In this document: one piece after another, positions 62,466-64,000 of the stretch
Numbering within the stretch: the first letter of the stretch is position 1
Layout: each line of letters starts with the position of its first letter
Source: a virus
Strand: one strand, 5' to 3'
Length of the DNA stretch: 64,000 bases
Virus record (IMG/VR): IMGVR_UViG_3300049033_000018
Span: 83,638 to 147,637 of that record
Position numbers and translations under genes: made by a program
Notes under the pieces: generated by a model
Told to the model about the DNA's origin: nothing
The model's database searches: none
The model's input: only the letters and a program-made list of their open reading frames with translations

Positions 62466-62813
62466 TTAATAATAAACTATCTTTACTGGTTTGTTTAAAA
62501 ACCTCATGTAGTCTATCATATGTTTTGTTCCTTTACTTTCTCCATTCCAGAAAGCAATTAATACATCAGCAAAGTTACCCATTTCCTGATTCCTAATCGG
62601 TCCTGCTGCATTACCATGCATGTTCCAATTTGCAGGAAACTCATGTATAGGATAGTTATTCTCTTTTGCATAAAGTTCTCCTAAAGAATCAGCTCCTTTT
62701 GCTTTGCCACTGACAATCTCAACTTCTGTTTTATTTTTTAGAAGGTAATCACATTTAGTTTTTAGTAACCCATAATTCATGAATTCTCTCCCTCCTGCAA
62801 TAATAACTTTCAT
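62466..62813 (-). CDS. SLOG-family protein (DUF2493/YspA-like)
   Basis: IIAGGR.F, IVSG.AKGAD, AGPIRN.EM, AFW.G.SKGT..MI. Confidence 0.85.
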   Translation of the reverse strand: MKVIIAGGREFMNYGLLKTKCDYLLKNKTEVEIVSGKAKGADSLGELYAKENNYPIHEFPANWNMHGNAAGPIRNQEMGNFADVLIAFWNGESKGTKHMIDYMRFLNKPVKIVYY

Positions 62814-63235
62814 TAGGCTTCAGCAATTGCTTTTTTAATCTCTTCTGGTTTGTTAATACCTTTAGAATGCTTATTCATCATACCAAAAAGTTTACCTTCA
62901 TGGATACCTGGTTCATTAAGCCTAATTTGTCTTACCATTGCCATTAATTCAGAATGTGTTAAAGCCACAGGAAGGTACTTTTCTAGTAAGATAAGTTCTT
63001 CTTCCTCCTTAGCTGCTAACTCAACTCTTTGACCTAATGTATAAGCCTCTATTGCTTGATGTCTTTTCTTACATTCTTTAGTTACAATATTTAGCACTTC
63101 GTCCTCTGTTAAATCTCTTTTTAAAGCAATCCTTTCATTATCTATAGCACTTACTAAAAGTGATAAGGTTCTTTTTGCTACTTCATCTCTTGCTTTTATT
63201 GCATTTACAAAGTCTTTTCTAATTCTTGGTTCCAT
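62813..63235 (-). CDS. GatB/YqeY domain protein
   Basis: AIKARD, KKR..AIEAY..G.R.ELA.KE..E...L..YLP. Confidence 0.85.
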   Translation of the reverse strand: MEPRIRKDFVNAIKARDEVAKRTLSLLVSAIDNERIALKRDLTEDEVLNIVTKECKKRHQAIEAYTLGQRVELAAKEEEELILLEKYLPVALTHSELMAMVRQIRLNEPGIHEGKLFGMMNKHSKGINKPEEIKKAIAEA

Positions 63236-63247
63236 TTTCTTTTGATT

Positions 63248-63691
63248 TTATATTATTCCAGAGTTCCTCAATGCTATATTAATATTAGAGTACTCTTCTT
63301 TTCCTGTTACTTCTTCTCCACAATATTTAGGAATGTTTTCTAAAGTTTCACCTTCATACTCAATCTCTACTACTGCCATCCCATCTGGATACAAATCTAT
63401 ATCCACTGTATTTCCTTTGTATGAACTTTTGTATCTCATTTTAATGAGCTTTACTTCCGTGTTATTTAACATTTCTTCAGCATCTTCTAATGGTATCTCA
63501 TACTCATATTCAATTCTAGTAGTATCAGAATGATTAATTTTAAATGCTAAAAATGCTTCTTTTCGGTTTACTATTCTAACTCTAAGATGTCTATCATCCC
63601 CCAATATCAAATACCCTTGTTCTATAAGACTTCCTTTTCTTATGTATTTAGGAAGCTCAGTTAAGAGAAATTTTCTTTCTTTTTCAACCAT
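63248..63691 (-). CDS. CYTH-domain protein
   Basis: EKERKF, IEQGYL, RVR, R.EYEYEIP, K.RY, EIE, EVTG..EYSN. Confidence 0.88.
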   Translation of the reverse strand: MVEKERKFLLTELPKYIRKGSLIEQGYLILGDDRHLRVRIVNRKEAFLAFKINHSDTTRIEYEYEIPLEDAEEMLNNTEVKLIKMRYKSSYKGNTVDIDLYPDGMAVVEIEYEGETLENIPKYCGEEVTGKEEYSNINIALRNSGII

Positions 63692-63703
63692 ACATTTTTA
63701 ATG

Positions 63704-63778
63704 TGGTGCAGGTAGGGAGAATCGAACTCCCGTCTCAGGCTTGGAAGGCTAGAGTATTAACCACTATACGATACCTGC
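63704..63778 (-). tRNA. tRNA-Gly (TCC), CCA encoded
   Basis: GCAGGTA/TACCTGC-A-CCA, loop CT-TCC-AA, GGGAG-TTCGATT-CTCCC; two mismatches in the anticodon stem. Confidence 0.85.
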
Positions 63779-63881
63779 ATTTAATTGTTAGGAATAATCT
63801 TTTACTCTCCCCTGGGCTTCTTCCTACTGTTCCTCTGGGAGTTTCTATTGTCGTTAATCAGATTATACTAAAAGCAATTTG

Positions 63882-63954
63882 TCTCCAGTACAGGACTTGA
63901 ACCTGTGACCGCTTCCTTATCAGAGAAGTGCTCTACCAACTGAGCTAACTGGAG
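63882..63954 (-). tRNA. tRNA-Ile (GAT)
   Basis: CTCCAGT/ACTGGAG, CTTCT-CT-GAT-AA-GGAAG, ACAGG-TTCAAGT-CCTGT. Confidence 0.92.
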
Positions 63955-64000
63955 TTAAACCAGATTACTCTGGTAATTTATGTTTTAAATATCTATCAAC

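Noticed and set aside
63703-63900. Plus-strand 65-aa ORF
   Set aside because: Antisense translation of tRNA-Gly and tRNA-Ile
1-64000. Genome-wide TAG reassignment
   Set aside because: Long conserved genes are intact in code 11. TAG-ended ORFs at 1069, 44199 and 46626 hit another stop within a few codons and do not fuse with the next gene. Recoding outside this window cannot be excluded.

Overview
A 64-kb AT-rich segment of a large lytic dsDNA phage, probably infecting a Bacteroidetes (Flavobacteria-like) host. The host inference rests on about 16 TTG(-33)/TAnnTTTG(-7) promoters, A-rich start contexts without Shine-Dalgarno sequences, and a Bacteroidetes-type NrdAB. Essentially all genes are on the minus strand. 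Read in transcription order (high to low coordinates), the window contains: (i) a tRNA/ncRNA/translation locus at 57-64 kb with tRNAs Ile, Gly, His, Glu, amber suppressor CUA, two CAU and Arg, plus CYTH, YqeY, SLOG, a DUF2828-type Ro60-like VWA protein and a Pth2-like gene; (ii) a probable virion protein and a mostly non-coding region at 51.4-54.8 kb that may be the genome end; (iii) small early genes, including two tandem protein kinases; (iv) middle genes for RNA repair (RNA ligase, PNK, CCA-adding enzyme, HAD, nucleotidyltransferase), rIIA/rIIB, replication (family A polymerase, RNase H, primase-like, nucleases) and NrdB/NrdA. There are two top candidates for a new system. (1) The DUF2828/Ro-like gene is directly followed by a promoter-driven array of five Y-RNA-like units. 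Each has a different, perfectly paired closing stem, an invariant CAGCAA at a fixed register and a variable payload; one payload is a circularly permuted tRNA (YrlA-like). (2) An amber-suppressor tRNA lies about 300 nt upstream of a peptidyl-tRNA hydrolase gene that has an in-frame TAG at codon 9. All calls come from reading motifs by eye; no searches were run.
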